This document shows positions 17,508-28,071 of a stretch of DNA of 32,000 bases, piece by piece. Below the pieces are notes generated by a model. That model was given only the letters and a program-made list of their open reading frames with translations, was not told where the DNA came from and did no database searches. The stretch comes from Ferroglobus placidus DSM 10642 (GTDB lineage: Archaea; Halobacteriota; Archaeoglobi; Archaeoglobales; Archaeoglobaceae), in the NCBI RefSeq assembly GCF_000025505.1, contig NC_013849.1, positions 1,710,001 through 1,742,000 of the forward strand, given 5' to 3'. The position numbers and the translations under genes were made by a program. Position 1 is the stretch's first letter, and every line of letters begins with the position of its first letter.

Positions 17508-18475
17508 GCAAAATAGTTGAGAGAAGAAATCTCAGTTTTGAAGAAGCTTACGAGCTTTACAATGAAATTGTAAAAGAAAGTCCGGTTAGAATCGCAGCGT
17601 ACCTTTCAGCCCTCCAGACCAAAGGATTTACAGCTGAGGAGCTTGCAGGCTTCGCAAAGGCTATGAGAGACTCAGCAATAAAAATTGAGCTTGGAGAAGT
17701 TTGCGACACCTGCGGAACTGGTGGAGATGGAGCTTCGACTATAAACGTGAGCACTGCTTCAGCCATAATAATTTCGATGTTCGGAAAAGTTGCCAAGCAC
17801 GGCAACAAATCTGTAACATCCAAGAGCGGCTCGGCCAACGTTCTCGAAGCCTTTGGAATTAAAATAAACTTGAATCCAGAAGAAGCTAAGAAAATGATCG
17901 AAAAAACGAACTTCGCTTTCCTTTTCGCTCCTCTTTACCATCCTCCCCTTAAAAATGTCATGGATGTTAGAAGAGAGCTTAAGATAAGAACGATATTCAA
18001 CGTTCTCGGTCCTTTAGCGAATCCAGCCAATCCAGCGTATCAGCTCGTTGGAGTCTTCTCCGAAAACCTCGTTGAAAGAGTTGCAGAGGCTATGGAGTTT
18101 CTCGGAGTTAAGAAAGGCGTGGTTGTTCACGGAAACGGACTGGATGAGGTTAGTCCGAGAAAGGAGACGATCGTTGCTGAGGTAAACAAGAATGTAGAGA
18201 CCTACAAGCTAACTCCAGAGGATTTCGGGGTTAAAAGAACGAAAATAGTTCCTTGCAACTCCCCAGAAGAGAGCGCGAAAAGGATAGCTGCTGTCCTCTC
18301 CGGGAGAGGTTTAGAAGAGGATAGAACGTTTGTACTCCTCAACGCGAGCATGGCTCTCTACTCTTCCGACTTCGGAGAGCTCAAAGATTGCGTTGAAGCT
18401 GTTAGAAATATTCTCGACGAAGGAAGCGCTTTGAAAAAACTGGAGGAGATAGTCGATGCTTCTAAGAAAAATTGA
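17501..18475 (+). CDS. trpD: Anthranilate phosphoribosyltransferase
   Basis: CDTCGTGGDGASTINVSTASAI, KHGNKSVTSKSGSANVLEAFG, FNVLGPLANPA. Confidence 0.97.
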   Translation: MLSKIVERRNLSFEEAYELYNEIVKESPVRIAAYLSALQTKGFTAEELAGFAKAMRDSAIKIELGEVCDTCGTGGDGASTINVSTASAIIISMFGKVAKHGNKSVTSKSGSANVLEAFGIKINLNPEEAKKMIEKTNFAFLFAPLYHPPLKNVMDVRRELKIRTIFNVLGPLANPANPAYQLVGVFSENLVERVAEAMEFLGVKKGVVVHGNGLDEVSPRKETIVAEVNKNVETYKLTPEDFGVKRTKIVPCNSPEESAKRIAAVLSGRGLEEDRTFVLLNASMALYSSDFGELKDCVEAVRNILDEGSALKKLEEIVDASKKN

Positions 18476-19757
18476 TTACGTCGATCCGCTAAAAGTTTAC
18501 TCGGTTTTGAGGGAGGAGGGTTACCCTTTCATTCTCGAGTCAGCCACGAAGCACGAGAGAAAAGCGAGGTTCTCCTACGTTGGATCTAATCCGGAGTTTG
18601 TTGTAGAAGTTAGCGGAAGAGGGGCTAAAGTAGACGGAAAGAGGGTTTCCAAGGAAAGCAATCCTTTCAAAGCTTTAAAAGAAATTAAAAACTTCGAAGG
18701 ATCTGGGGAGAAGTTTGCCGGAGGTTTTGTAGGCTACGTTGCTTACGATGCGGTTCACAACTACTTGGGGGGAGAGATAAAAGAAGCTTCGAGATTCGGA
18801 TTCTACGAGAATGTCTTCGTTTTCGACCACGTTAAAGGAGAAGCGTATTTTCTCAGTTTGAACGGCAGCGACATAAATCCGGAAAAGATAGTTGAAAAAG
18901 CAAAAAGGGAGGAATTTAAAGAAGAGAAAGAATCTTCCAGCATTTTAAGATGCGACGCAGATAGAGATGTGTTCGTAGAGATGGTGGAGAAAGCGAAGGA
19001 ATACATCTACGAAGGGGAAGTCTTTCAGGTCGTTCTTTCGAGAGAATACGAGCTTTCCACAGATCTATCTCCGATTCAAATTTACGCAAACCTCAGAAAA
19101 ATAAATCCGAGTCCTTACATGTTTCTTCTCGAGTTCGAAAAGAGTTTGGTCGGAGCCTCTCCGGAAACGATGGCTTCCGTCGAAAACAACCTTCTCAAAA
19201 TAAATCCCATCGCCGGAACTGCCGAAAGGGGGAGAAATTATGAGGAAGATAGGATGATAGCGGAAGCTCTCCTTTCCGATGAGAAAGAGAGAGCCGAACA
19301 CGTTATGCTCGTCGATCTGGCTAGAAACGACGTGAGAAAGGTTTGCAAGGCTGGGAGCGTTAGAGTTACGAGGTTCATGGAGGTGATAAAATACAGTCAC
19401 GTTCAGCACATAGAAAGCGAAGTCGTCGGGGAGATTAGAGAAGACGTGAGCTGCTTTGAAGCAATTGAAGCAGCTTTTCCAGCCGGAACTTTAACCGGAG
19501 CTCCTAAGCTGAGAGCGATGGAGATAATAGACGAACTCGAGAAGTCGAGGAGGAGAGTTTACGGAGGTTGCGTCGGTTATTTTTCGGTTAACAACTCAGC
19601 CGACACAGCTATTGCGATAAGAATGGTCGAAATTGACGACGTTTGCAGGGTTAGAGCCGGAGCAGGAATTGTCGCTGATTCTAATCCGGAAAGGGAGTTT
19701 TACGAAACTGAAAGAAAAATGAGGGCAGTTTTAAAAGCTTTGGAGGTGGTGGAATGA
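18456..19757 (+). CDS. trpE: Anthranilate synthase component I
   Basis: FILESATKHERKARFSYVG, GGFVGYVAYDAVH, PIAGTAERGRNYEED, HVQHIESEVVGE, FPAGTLTGAPKLRAMEIIDELE. Overlaps trpD by 20 bp. Confidence 0.95.
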   Translation: MLLRKIDYVDPLKVYSVLREEGYPFILESATKHERKARFSYVGSNPEFVVEVSGRGAKVDGKRVSKESNPFKALKEIKNFEGSGEKFAGGFVGYVAYDAVHNYLGGEIKEASRFGFYENVFVFDHVKGEAYFLSLNGSDINPEKIVEKAKREEFKEEKESSSILRCDADRDVFVEMVEKAKEYIYEGEVFQVVLSREYELSTDLSPIQIYANLRKINPSPYMFLLEFEKSLVGASPETMASVENNLLKINPIAGTAERGRNYEEDRMIAEALLSDEKERAEHVMLVDLARNDVRKVCKAGSVRVTRFMEVIKYSHVQHIESEVVGEIREDVSCFEAIEAAFPAGTLTGAPKLRAMEIIDELEKSRRRVYGGCVGYFSVNNSADTAIAIRMVEIDDVCRVRAGAGIVADSNPEREFYETERKMRAVLKALEVVE

Positions 19758-20314
19758 TAGTTGTCGTCGACAATAGGGATTCTTTCGTCTGGAACTTAGC
19801 CGAATACGTGTCTATTTTCACGGGAGTTAAGGTAGTTAGTAACGCGGCAAAAATAAGCGAGATTAAAAAACTCGATCCAGACGGAATAATCCTTTCTCCC
19901 GGACCATCCTCGCCTAAAAATAGGGAAGGAATAGGCAATTGTCCGGAAATTCTGCTGGAATTCGATTTGCCGATACTCGGAGTATGCTTGGGGCATCAGA
20001 TTATTGCCCACGTTTTCGGAGGAGTTGTTGGAAAAGTAAAGCCGGTTCACGGAAAGGCAAGTGTTGTCGAGCACGACGGAAAAACGATATTCCGAGGAGT
20101 TGAAAATCCCCTTAAAGCCGGAAGGTACCACTCCTTAGCGGTTCTAAGAGTTCCAAAAAAGTTTGAAGTTTCCGCGAAGTCCGAAGGAATTGTCATGGGA
20201 ATCAGGCACAGAAAAAAGCCTATAGAAGGAGTGCAATTTCATCCGGAGAGCGTTCTAACTCCGAGGAGTGAGGGGCTCAAAATCATAAGAAATTTCGTGG
20301 AGATGTGCAAATGA
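19754..20314 (+). CDS. trpG: Anthranilate synthase component II (glutamine amidotransferase)
   Basis: VVDNRDSFVWNLAEY, LSPGPSSPKN, LGVCLGHQII, GVQFHPES. Confidence 0.95.
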   Translation: MIVVVDNRDSFVWNLAEYVSIFTGVKVVSNAAKISEIKKLDPDGIILSPGPSSPKNREGIGNCPEILLEFDLPILGVCLGHQIIAHVFGGVVGKVKPVHGKASVVEHDGKTIFRGVENPLKAGRYHSLAVLRVPKKFEVSAKSEGIVMGIRHRKKPIEGVQFHPESVLTPRSEGLKIIRNFVEMCK

Positions 20315-20934
20315 TCGTGAAGATTTGCGGAATAAAAAATCTGAAGGAACTCGAAATCGTTGAAAAGTACGCTGATTTCTGCGGAGTGGTTCTCGCACAT
20401 TCAAAAAGAAGAATTAGCGTTGAAAGAGCGAAGGAAATAATAAGCGTGGCTGAAATTCCGGTGTTCGTCGTTTCGACATCTACGTCTTTCGACGAATGGG
20501 CTTCGCTAATTCAAAAAACGGATGCCGAATTCGTTCAGGTTCACTCGGATGCTGAAGTAGAAGTGATTGATAGAATAAAAGAGATGGGCGTGGTTGTAAT
20601 GAAGGCTTTCAGAGTTCCGGAAGCATGCGAAGACTACGAAGAAGAAGCTGAAAGACTTATTGGCAAGATTAAAGAGTATAAAGCTGATTACATCCTTCTC
20701 GACACGGGAAAGGGGAGCGGAAAAACTCACGATCACAGAGTTAGCAAAATCGTCGCCGAAAAGTTCGAGATTTTTATTGCCGGAGGTTTGACTCCGGAGA
20801 ACGTCTCGAGAGTTGTGAATTTCGTAAAACCCAGCGGAGTTGACGTTTCGAGCGGGGTTGAGATTAAAGGAGAAAAGGACGAGCTTCTCGTGAGGGATTT
20901 CGTCAAAAAAGCCAAAAGTGGTTTTGTGAGGTGA
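20305..20934 (+). CDS. trpF: Phosphoribosylanthranilate isomerase
   Basis: [34 protein letters not shown]; [14 protein letters not shown]; [10 protein letters not shown]; GVDVSSGVE. Confidence 0.95.
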   Translation: MQMIVKICGIKNLKELEIVEKYADFCGVVLAHSKRRISVERAKEIISVAEIPVFVVSTSTSFDEWASLIQKTDAEFVQVHSDAEVEVIDRIKEMGVVVMKAFRVPEACEDYEEEAERLIGKIKEYKADYILLDTGKGSGKTHDHRVSKIVAEKFEIFIAGGLTPENVSRVVNFVKPSGVDVSSGVEIKGEKDELLVRDFVKKAKSGFVR

Positions 20935-20938
20935 AATC

Positions 20939-22096
20939 GTGAAATTCGGAGAATTTGGCGGAATGTACGTTCCCGAAACTCTGATAGCTCCGTTGAAAGA
21001 GCTTGAAAAATCTTACGAAAAAATAAAGGCTGACGAACAGTTTTGGAATGAATTCCATTTTTACCTAAAAAACTACGCCGGAAGACCGACACCCCTTTAC
21101 TACGCGAGAAATCTGAGCAAGAAGATAGGAGGGGCGAAAATATACCTTAAAAGGGAAGATCTTCTTCACAGCGGGGCTCACAAGATAAACAACACTATAG
21201 GGCAGGCTTTGTTGGCTAAGCGTATGAGCAAGTCAAGACTTATCGCCGAAACGGGAGCCGGACAGCACGGAGTTGCCACTGCGATAGCGGGAGCTTTGTT
21301 CGGAATGAAGGTGGACATTTACATGGGAGCTGAAGACGTAAGGAGGCAGAAGATGAACGTTTTCCGCATGAAGCTCCTCGGGGCTAATGTGATAGCCGTA
21401 GAGGGGGGAAGCAGAACTTTGAAGGACGCGATAAACGAAGCTCTTAGAGACTGGGTTTCGAGTTTCGAGTACTCTCATTATTTAATAGGCTCGGTCGTAG
21501 GACCTCACCCGTATCCGACGATCGTAAGGGACTTTCAGTCGGTGATAGGGAAAGAAACCAGAGAGCAAATAATTGAAGCGGAAGGTCGCTTGCCGGATTT
21601 GATTGTTGCTTGCGTCGGAGGTGGAAGCAATGCGATAGGGATTTTTCACGAGTTTCTAAACGAGAAAGTAAAACTTGTAGGGGTTGAAGCAGCCGGAAAG
21701 GGTTTGAATAGCGGAAAACATTCAGCTTCGCTTTGCGCAGGAAAAAAAGGAGTGCTGCACGGAATGCTTTCATACTTCCTTCAGGACGAAGACGGGCAGA
21801 TTAAAGATACGCACAGCATCGCAGCCGGTTTAGATTACCCAGGAGTCGGTCCGGAGCATGCGTGGCTTAAAGAAAGTGGAAGAGCGGAGTACGTTGCAGT
21901 GAATGATGAAGAAGCTTTAAAAGCCTTTGTCGAACTCTCAAAGACCGAGGGAATTCTGCCTGCTTTAGAATCTGCTCACGCCGTTGCCTACGCGATGAAA
22001 GCCGCTGAGGAAATGAGCAGGGATGAGATAATAGTTGTTAATCTCTCAGGAAGAGGGGATAAGGATCTCGAGATAGTTATGGGGGCTTTGAAATGA
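20939..22096 (+). CDS. trpB: Tryptophan synthase beta chain
   Basis: [75 protein letters not shown]. Confidence 0.98.
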   Translation: MKFGEFGGMYVPETLIAPLKELEKSYEKIKADEQFWNEFHFYLKNYAGRPTPLYYARNLSKKIGGAKIYLKREDLLHSGAHKINNTIGQALLAKRMSKSRLIAETGAGQHGVATAIAGALFGMKVDIYMGAEDVRRQKMNVFRMKLLGANVIAVEGGSRTLKDAINEALRDWVSSFEYSHYLIGSVVGPHPYPTIVRDFQSVIGKETREQIIEAEGRLPDLIVACVGGGSNAIGIFHEFLNEKVKLVGVEAAGKGLNSGKHSASLCAGKKGVLHGMLSYFLQDEDGQIKDTHSIAAGLDYPGVGPEHAWLKESGRAEYVAVNDEEALKAFVELSKTEGILPALESAHAVAYAMKAAEEMSRDEIIVVNLSGRGDKDLEIVMGALK

Positions 22097-22848
22097 TAAA
22101 AAAACCGGCTTTAATAACTTTCATAACCGCCGGCGATCCAAATATCGATGCAACTCTCGAATTCATGCTCGTTCTGGAGAAATATGCTGACGTAATAGAG
22201 CTCGGAGTTCCTTTTAGCGATCCGATGGCAGACGGAAGGACGATTCAAAAAGCAAATTACAGAGCTTTAAAGTCGGGAACGAGAATTAAAGATGTTTTCA
22301 AAGTGGTAGAAGAGTTCAGGGAACATTCAAGCAAACCGGTCGTTTTGATGACCTACTACAATCCCGTTTACAGGTTCGGAGCGGAGAATTTCATTGCTGA
22401 AGCGAAGAAATCGGGAGTTGATGGTCTAATTGTAGTCGATCTGCCGATTGAGGAGGCTAAAGAGTACGTCGAAATTTGCAGAAAGCTGGAGATAGGCACG
22501 ATATTCTTGGCTGCTCCAAACACTCCAGATGAAAGACTTAAGATGATAGATGAAGCAAGTTCAGCCTTCGTCTACTTAATTTCTCTCTACGGAACAACCG
22601 GATCGAGAAGTGAGATTCCGGAAAGTGCCTTTAGCTTGCTTTCGAGGGCTAAGAGAATTTGTAGAAAGCCAGTAGCTGTTGGCTTCGGCGTTTCAAAAGC
22701 GGAGCATGTGAAAACGCTTGTGGAGGCTGGAGCTGACGGAGTTGTCGTTGGTAGTGCGATCGTGGAGATTGTAGAAAAGTTCGGTGAAAACGCTTCGGAA
22801 GAGATTGAGAGAAAAGTCAGAGAACTTAGAAGTGGTCTCCAGCTTTAA
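22093..22848 (+). CDS. trpA: Tryptophan synthase alpha chain
   Basis: [57 protein letters not shown]. Confidence 0.97.
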   Translation: MIKKPALITFITAGDPNIDATLEFMLVLEKYADVIELGVPFSDPMADGRTIQKANYRALKSGTRIKDVFKVVEEFREHSSKPVVLMTYYNPVYRFGAENFIAEAKKSGVDGLIVVDLPIEEAKEYVEICRKLEIGTIFLAAPNTPDERLKMIDEASSAFVYLISLYGTTGSRSEIPESAFSLLSRAKRICRKPVAVGFGVSKAEHVKTLVEAGADGVVVGSAIVEIVEKFGENASEEIERKVRELRSGLQL

Positions 22849-22900
22849 ATTCGAAGACTACCGCAACCCTTATTAATCTTTTCTTAAGGCAATCTTTTAA

Positions 22901-22973
22901 GGGTCCGTGGTCTAGCGGTTATGACGTCGCCCTGACGAGGCGAAGGTCCCCGGTTCGAATCCGGGCGGACCCA
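22901..22973 (+). tRNA. tRNA-Val (anticodon GAC)
   Basis: Acceptor GGGTCCG/CGGACCC, anticodon stem-loop TCGCC-CTGACGA-GGCGA, T arm CCCGG-TTCGAAT-CCGGG, discriminator A; 3' CCA not encoded. Confidence 0.97.
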
Positions 22974-23011
22974 CTTAAACTTTTGAAGCAAGGTACAAAA
23001 AAATTAAAAAA

Positions 23012-23899
23012 TCAGTATCCGAGCTCTTTCAGCCTTTCTTTTAAAATGTTTGCCGAATTTTTCAAAGCTTCGAGTTCTTCTTCAGTCAGCTCGTACTCCA
23101 CTATCTTTTCAACTCCGTTCTTTCCGAGAATAGCTGGAACTCCAACAGCCACATCGGAAATTCCGTACTCTCCCTGAAGAACGACGCTTGTAGGAATTTC
23201 TTCCTTCGTGTCGTTGACGACAGCGTTAACCATCCTGTATATCGACACAGCCGGACCGTAAACCGTTGCCCCTTTTCTCTTTATTACCTCGGCAGCTACG
23301 AATCTTACCTCTTCGAGTATTTTCTCTCTTGGAACATCTCCGTCAAAATCAGCTAAGCTCCACGGTATGAACATGCTGTCTCCGTGTTCTCCGATTATCC
23401 AAGCCTTTCTGATGTTTCTCGCCCCGAAAGAGTGGAGCCTCTCCTTCAATCTTGCCGAGTCGAGCATGTTTCCCATCCCGAAAACCTCGTTTCTCGGCTT
23501 TCCAGTTTCCTTCCACATTACGTATGTCATTAAATCCATGGGATTCGTGACGACGATTATCTTACTCTCCGGGCTCGATTCCATTATTTTTTTGGCAATG
23601 TCTTTAATTATTCCAGCATTTTTCGTTGCCAAATCGAGCCTGCTCATCCCCGGCTTTCTCGCCATTCCGGCAGAAACGACTATAACATCGCTACCTTTCA
23701 ACAAAGAATAATCGCTACCTCCCACGATTTTGGGGTACTTGTCTACGGCAGCAGCTGCGTGGCTCAAATCCATCGCTTCTCCAACGGCAAGGTCTTCGGC
23801 TATGTCAACCAAAGCCACTTCGTCAACGTCCATGTAGAGTATGCAGGTAAAAGCGGCAGTAGAACCGACTCTTCCAGCTCCAACGAAACCGATCTTCAT
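23012..23899 (-). CDS. mdh: Malate dehydrogenase (LDH/MDH superfamily)
   Basis: MKIGFVGAGRVGSTAAF, DIAEDLAVGEAMDL, VVTNPMDLMTYVMWKETG, IRKAWIIGEHGDSMF. Confidence 0.93.
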   Translation of the reverse strand: MKIGFVGAGRVGSTAAFTCILYMDVDEVALVDIAEDLAVGEAMDLSHAAAAVDKYPKIVGGSDYSLLKGSDVIVVSAGMARKPGMSRLDLATKNAGIIKDIAKKIMESSPESKIIVVTNPMDLMTYVMWKETGKPRNEVFGMGNMLDSARLKERLHSFGARNIRKAWIIGEHGDSMFIPWSLADFDGDVPREKILEEVRFVAAEVIKRKGATVYGPAVSIYRMVNAVVNDTKEEIPTSVVLQGEYGISDVAVGVPAILGKNGVEKIVEYELTEEELEALKNSANILKERLKELGY

Positions 23900-24016
23900 A
23901 TAGGTTTTTCTCGTGCTTAGTAGTTAAGCTTTACTTTTTAGGACTTTTCAAGACGACTTCACCAAAAGGTTTATCCACGAAAGGTAAAAATAACAGTTTC
24001 AATCTGGTTTAGTGAG

Positions 24017-25027
24017 GTGAAGCTTATGGATATCGAAAAGCTCAGATTCGGAACGGAACTCGTGAAAAGAGGATTTGCGAAAATGCAGAAAGGCGGAGTG
24101 ATAATGGACGTTACAACTCCAGAACAAGCTGCAATAGCTGAAGATGCTGGAGCTGTTGCTGTAATGGCTCTTCACAAAGTTCCCGCTGATATAAGGGCAA
24201 GTGGTGGAGTTGCGAGGATGGCCGACCCGAAAATAATCGAGGAGATAATGGACGCTGTGACGATTCCCGTAATGGCTAAAGTGAGAATAGGTCACTATGC
24301 TGAAGCGAGGGCTTTGGAGGCAATAGGAGTCGACATGATAGACGAAAGCGAAGTTTTAACCCCTGCTGACGTTTTCTTCCACATAGACAAAAGGAAGTTT
24401 ACCGTCCCATTCGTTTGCGGAGCGAGAAGCTTGGGAGAGGCGGTTAGAAGAATCTGGGAAGGAGCGGCGATGATAAGAACGAAGGGAGAAGCCGGAACCG
24501 GCAACGTCGTCGAAGCTGTAAAGCACATGAGGATAATGAACTACTCTATTCAGCTCGTCTCGAAGATGGACGAAGAAGAGTTGAGGGTTCTTGCCGAAAA
24601 CTACGCGAGAGCGTATTTAAGGCTTGCTAACACCGTTTGCGAGGAGATGAGTCTTCCAGAAGTATGCACGAGAAACGAGCCGGTTTACGAGGAATACACT
24701 TATGAAGAGATAGTCGAAGGAATTTACGAGGTTCTGAAAGAAGTCAAGGATCTGAAAAGACTGCCAGTTGTGAACTTCGCAGCTGGAGGAATTGCCACTC
24801 CGGCGGATGCAGCTTTCATGATGCAGCTCGGAGCTGACGGAGTTTTCGTTGGCTCGGGAATTTTCAAGTCATCGAATCCAGAGGCTTATGCGAGAGCTAT
24901 AGTCGAAGCTGTCGAACACTACGACGAGCCGGAAGTTGTTGCAGAAGTAAGCAAGAACTTGGGCGAGCCTATGAAAGGTCTCGACATCTCTCAGATTGAA
25001 GTTCAAATGCAGGAAAGGGGAGTATGA
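24017..25027 (+). CDS. pdxS: Pyridoxal 5'-phosphate synthase subunit PdxS
   Basis: [60 protein letters not shown]; [32 protein letters not shown]. Confidence 0.98.
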   Translation: MKLMDIEKLRFGTELVKRGFAKMQKGGVIMDVTTPEQAAIAEDAGAVAVMALHKVPADIRASGGVARMADPKIIEEIMDAVTIPVMAKVRIGHYAEARALEAIGVDMIDESEVLTPADVFFHIDKRKFTVPFVCGARSLGEAVRRIWEGAAMIRTKGEAGTGNVVEAVKHMRIMNYSIQLVSKMDEEELRVLAENYARAYLRLANTVCEEMSLPEVCTRNEPVYEEYTYEEIVEGIYEVLKEVKDLKRLPVVNFAAGGIATPADAAFMMQLGADGVFVGSGIFKSSNPEAYARAIVEAVEHYDEPEVVAEVSKNLGEPMKGLDISQIEVQMQERGV

Positions 25028-25614
25028 AAATTGCGGTAGTCGGCGTTCAGGGAGATGTGGAAGAGCACGTTATTGCTTTGAAAAAAGCCCTGAGAAATTT
25101 AAAAATAGACGGGGAAGTAGTGGCTACAAGGAGAAAAGGTGTTGTAAGCAAGAGCGATGCTGTTGTTATCCCCGGAGGAGAAAGCACGACGATAAGCAGG
25201 CTAATTTGGAGAGACAGCATAGCGGAGGAAATTCTTTCTCTCTACGAAGAGGGAAAGCCTATAATGGGAACTTGCGCCGGACTGATAATACTGGCTAAGA
25301 GGGGAGACGAGCAGGTTGAGAAGACAAGAACGAAACTTCTCGGAATTTTGGACGTTAAAGTTAAAAGAAACGCCTTCGGAAGGCAGAGAGAAAGTTTTGA
25401 GGCGGAGATAGACGTTAAAGGAATCGGGAAGTATAAAGCTGTCTTCATTAGAGCTCCAATCGTCGAAGAAGTTGGAGAAAAAGTTGAGGTTCTCGCAAAG
25501 TTTGAGGACAAAATCGTGGCTGTTCAGCAGGGGAAAGTTCTTGGACTGGCTTTCCATCCCGAGCTAACGGACGACACAAGAATTCATGAATACTTTATAA
25601 AAATGATTGATTAG
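25024..25614 (+). CDS. pdxT: Pyridoxal 5'-phosphate synthase glutaminase subunit PdxT
   Basis: [60 protein letters not shown]; ATGA overlap with pdxS. Confidence 0.97.
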   Translation: MKIAVVGVQGDVEEHVIALKKALRNLKIDGEVVATRRKGVVSKSDAVVIPGGESTTISRLIWRDSIAEEILSLYEEGKPIMGTCAGLIILAKRGDEQVEKTRTKLLGILDVKVKRNAFGRQRESFEAEIDVKGIGKYKAVFIRAPIVEEVGEKVEVLAKFEDKIVAVQQGKVLGLAFHPELTDDTRIHEYFIKMID

Positions 25615-25842
25615 TTATTTCTTCATATTTTCAGCTGATCTTTCGTAACTCTCGGGGAGAATCAATCTGAGCCTTAGAGCGGTGGTGGGTATTGGATACC
25701 TTATTCCTCTTTTATGTGTTTCCTCCAGATTTTTAGCAAGAACTTCTTGCAGCTCCTTCGGGTTCATATTAGATTTCTCTGAGCAATCAATATAGCTTTG
25801 TCGATTTTGCTGCGGAATCCTAACTTTTATATTGGGCAGCAA
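25615..25842 (-). CDS. Small hypothetical ORF, divergent and overlapping the flippase gene start
   Basis: 75 aa (MLPNIKVRIPQQNRQSYIDCSEKSNMNPKELQ...); no recognised family. A more plausible start may be the internal MNPKELQEVLAKN. Confidence 0.3.
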   Translation of the reverse strand: MLPNIKVRIPQQNRQSYIDCSEKSNMNPKELQEVLAKNLEETHKRGIRYPIPTTALRLRLILPESYERSAENMKK

Positions 25843-27298
25843 AGCTTCTTTTCTCGTGCTCGTCAGGAGAGTTGCGAGAAACGTTATTTACAACAGCTTC
25901 TCGATAATTATCTCCAACGCGGCGGGATTGTTAATCTCGGTTTACCTCGCAAGAACGCTGCAAAAAGAGCTGTTCGGAATTTACTCTTTAACGATTTCGG
26001 TGGCTTTTCTCCTCATGGCGTTCACTGATTTGGGGATAAACGCAACTACGGTGAGGTTCTGCGCTCACGCTTTTTCGAAAGGAGATTACGAGGAGCTGAG
26101 AGGGTACTTCAAATTTTTAACGAAAATTAAAGTCGCTCTCTCGATTTTTTCGTCACTTCTTCTCTTTCTACTCTCCGATTTTCTTTCTCAGAACGTTTTC
26201 CACGAAGAAACCCTTTCTCTACCTCTAAAATTTGCTTCCCTCTTTTTATTGTTTCTACCTCTCGCCGGATACTTAACGAGCGTTTTTAACGCTTTCAACG
26301 ATTTTAAGGCGAATTTCGTAAGAGCAGTTTCTTACGAATTTTCTCGAGTAATAACCATAATTTCCCTCGTTTCTCTCGGCTTTTCCGTAATCGGAGCGGT
26401 GCTTGGATACGTTGTGGCGAGCGTAACGGCGACGACAGTTCTATTCTTCCTTCTGGTTAAAAAGTACGGAAAAATTTTGCTGGGGAAGGGGAAGAAAATA
26501 GAAAAAAGAGGAGTTCTTAAATTTACGAGCTATCTCACGATTGGCTCCATTACTTGGACGATTTTTGCTTACGTCGATTCGGTTATGATCGGAATGTTCA
26601 TGCCGGTTGAGTACGTTGGATATTATAGAATAGCTCTTTTAGTCGTTTCAGCCATCTCCGGAATTCTTTCAGTTCCAGCCGTCATGTTTCCGGTTTTCGT
26701 AGCTCTCGAAGGAGATGATTTGAGGAACGCTTTCAAAAGAGCTTTTAGGTACAGTTCGATGGTAGCAGTTCCAGTAGCTTTTGGCTTGCCGGTAATAGCG
26801 AAACCGGTAATAAGAGTTGCCTTCGGCGCCGAGTATCTGCCGGCTGTAACAGCTTTGTGGATTCTCTCTCTATTAATTTTGAGAGCAGCCCTCGGCTTTT
26901 GGGGGAACATTTTCAACGCCAAAGGTTTGCCAGAATATCCGGTCTACGTTCTTTCTTTAGCTATGGTCATGAACGTTTTGCTTAACTACCTACTCATCCC
27001 GATTTTCGGCATTTCTGGAGCGGCATTAGCAACTGTGGCGTCCAACGCTTTTAACTGGATAGTCCTCGCTTTTCTATCTAAGAAAGTCTTTAACGTGTTT
27101 TTCGACGCTCGGGACTTGATAAAACCGGTAATCTCAAGTCTCGTCATGCTTGCGGTAATTCTGAACGTCAAACCGAAAACGATTCCTGAAGGAATTTTAA
27201 TGATTTTCGTAGGAGCAGTAGTTTATTTCTTCGTTCTCTGGCTTTTGAAGGGGGTAAGAAGAGAAGATGTCGATTACTTGTGGAACGCTTTTAAGTAG
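25832..27298 (+). CDS. Polysaccharide/lipid-linked oligosaccharide flippase (Wzx/MATE-like, RfbX family)
   Basis: 488 aa with many hydrophobic helices; RVARNVIYNSFSIIISNAAGLLISVYLARTLQKELFGIYSL, ALWILSLLI, IPIFGISGAALATVASNAFNWIVL. Confidence 0.88.
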   Translation: MGSKASFLVLVRRVARNVIYNSFSIIISNAAGLLISVYLARTLQKELFGIYSLTISVAFLLMAFTDLGINATTVRFCAHAFSKGDYEELRGYFKFLTKIKVALSIFSSLLLFLLSDFLSQNVFHEETLSLPLKFASLFLLFLPLAGYLTSVFNAFNDFKANFVRAVSYEFSRVITIISLVSLGFSVIGAVLGYVVASVTATTVLFFLLVKKYGKILLGKGKKIEKRGVLKFTSYLTIGSITWTIFAYVDSVMIGMFMPVEYVGYYRIALLVVSAISGILSVPAVMFPVFVALEGDDLRNAFKRAFRYSSMVAVPVAFGLPVIAKPVIRVAFGAEYLPAVTALWILSLLILRAALGFWGNIFNAKGLPEYPVYVLSLAMVMNVLLNYLLIPIFGISGAALATVASNAFNWIVLAFLSKKVFNVFFDARDLIKPVISSLVMLAVILNVKPKTIPEGILMIFVGAVVYFFVLWLLKGVRREDVDYLWNAFK

Positions 27299-27539
27299 TT
27301 CTTGAAAAAAATTCTCTGACTTTGCCCCCGGCAAGCTGACCGGAAAAATATGCGAAAAAGAAAACGGGAATGTGGTAGATCGAGGATGAGCTGAGAAATC
27401 TCAACGTTGCTACGAAAGGAATAGGAGCGTGTACTGCTAAAAACCACTCCTTAGACATCCTCTTCGTTCCAGCTCTCCAGTAACCGAAGGGGACATTAAG
27501 AAGGAAGGTAAGAATGAGTGCTAAAGTTTCGAATAACAT
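27291..27539 (-). CDS. Small conserved-looking membrane protein
   Basis: 82 aa with 2-3 hydrophobic segments (LALILTFLLNVPFGYWRAG, WFLAVHAPIPFVATLRF, VFFFAYFSGQLAGG); 8-bp 3' overlap with the flippase gene. Confidence 0.55.
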   Translation of the reverse strand: MLFETLALILTFLLNVPFGYWRAGTKRMSKEWFLAVHAPIPFVATLRFLSSSSIYHIPVFFFAYFSGQLAGGKVREFFSRTT

Positions 27540-27543
27540 GTAA

Positions 27544-27990
27544 TTATATAAGTCTGCCGTATCTATCTATTTCACCCCTTTTTATTCTCGTAGCAGAAAT
27601 AGGTTTTCCGTCTTCTGCAAGAACGAAATCAACCTTGACTATTTTTATCTCCTTTTTTCCGAGCTCTCTCCTCTTTTCATTAATTTTTTTAGCCATTTCG
27701 TAAGTTTCGGGACTAACTACCAAGTACTCGAAATCGACTTCGAGGGTTTTTCCGTAAGGGTTCGTGATCTTGACTATCATCGGCTCGAACCCGTACTTCC
27801 TCTTTATGTACTGTCTCACGTTCTCAGCTCTGATCTCGAAAGGGAGGACGCTCCTTATTCTTTGCCTCGCCATCTCGTCGCTGGTAATTCCTATGGTCAT
27901 CTCCTTTCCTCCAAGCTTCACAGCTACGTCGAGAAGCTTCTTGTGACCTTCGTGCAGCGGCTCGAAAGTCCCGCCGACAGCCACTTTCAT
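27544..27990 (-). CDS. coaD: Archaeal phosphopantetheine adenylyltransferase (PPAT)
   Basis: MKVAVGGTFEPLHEGHKKLLDVAVKLGGKEMTIGITSDEMARQR, nucleotidyltransferase GTFxPLHxGH motif. Start moved from 28026 to the ATG at 27990. Confidence 0.9.
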   Translation of the reverse strand: MKVAVGGTFEPLHEGHKKLLDVAVKLGGKEMTIGITSDEMARQRIRSVLPFEIRAENVRQYIKRKYGFEPMIVKITNPYGKTLEVDFEYLVVSPETYEMAKKINEKRRELGKKEIKIVKVDFVLAEDGKPISATRIKRGEIDRYGRLI

Positions 27991-28071
27991 CGAGAGTTTT
28001 GAGGGAAAAGCGATTATAAAAATCAATCGGAATAAAGTAAACTATTAAATCTCTTCGAAATACTTAACTCC

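Noticed and set aside
24996-25298. 100-aa plus-strand ORF overlapping pdxS/pdxT
   Set aside because: Alternate frame of the well-supported pdxT gene, highly basic and low-complexity.
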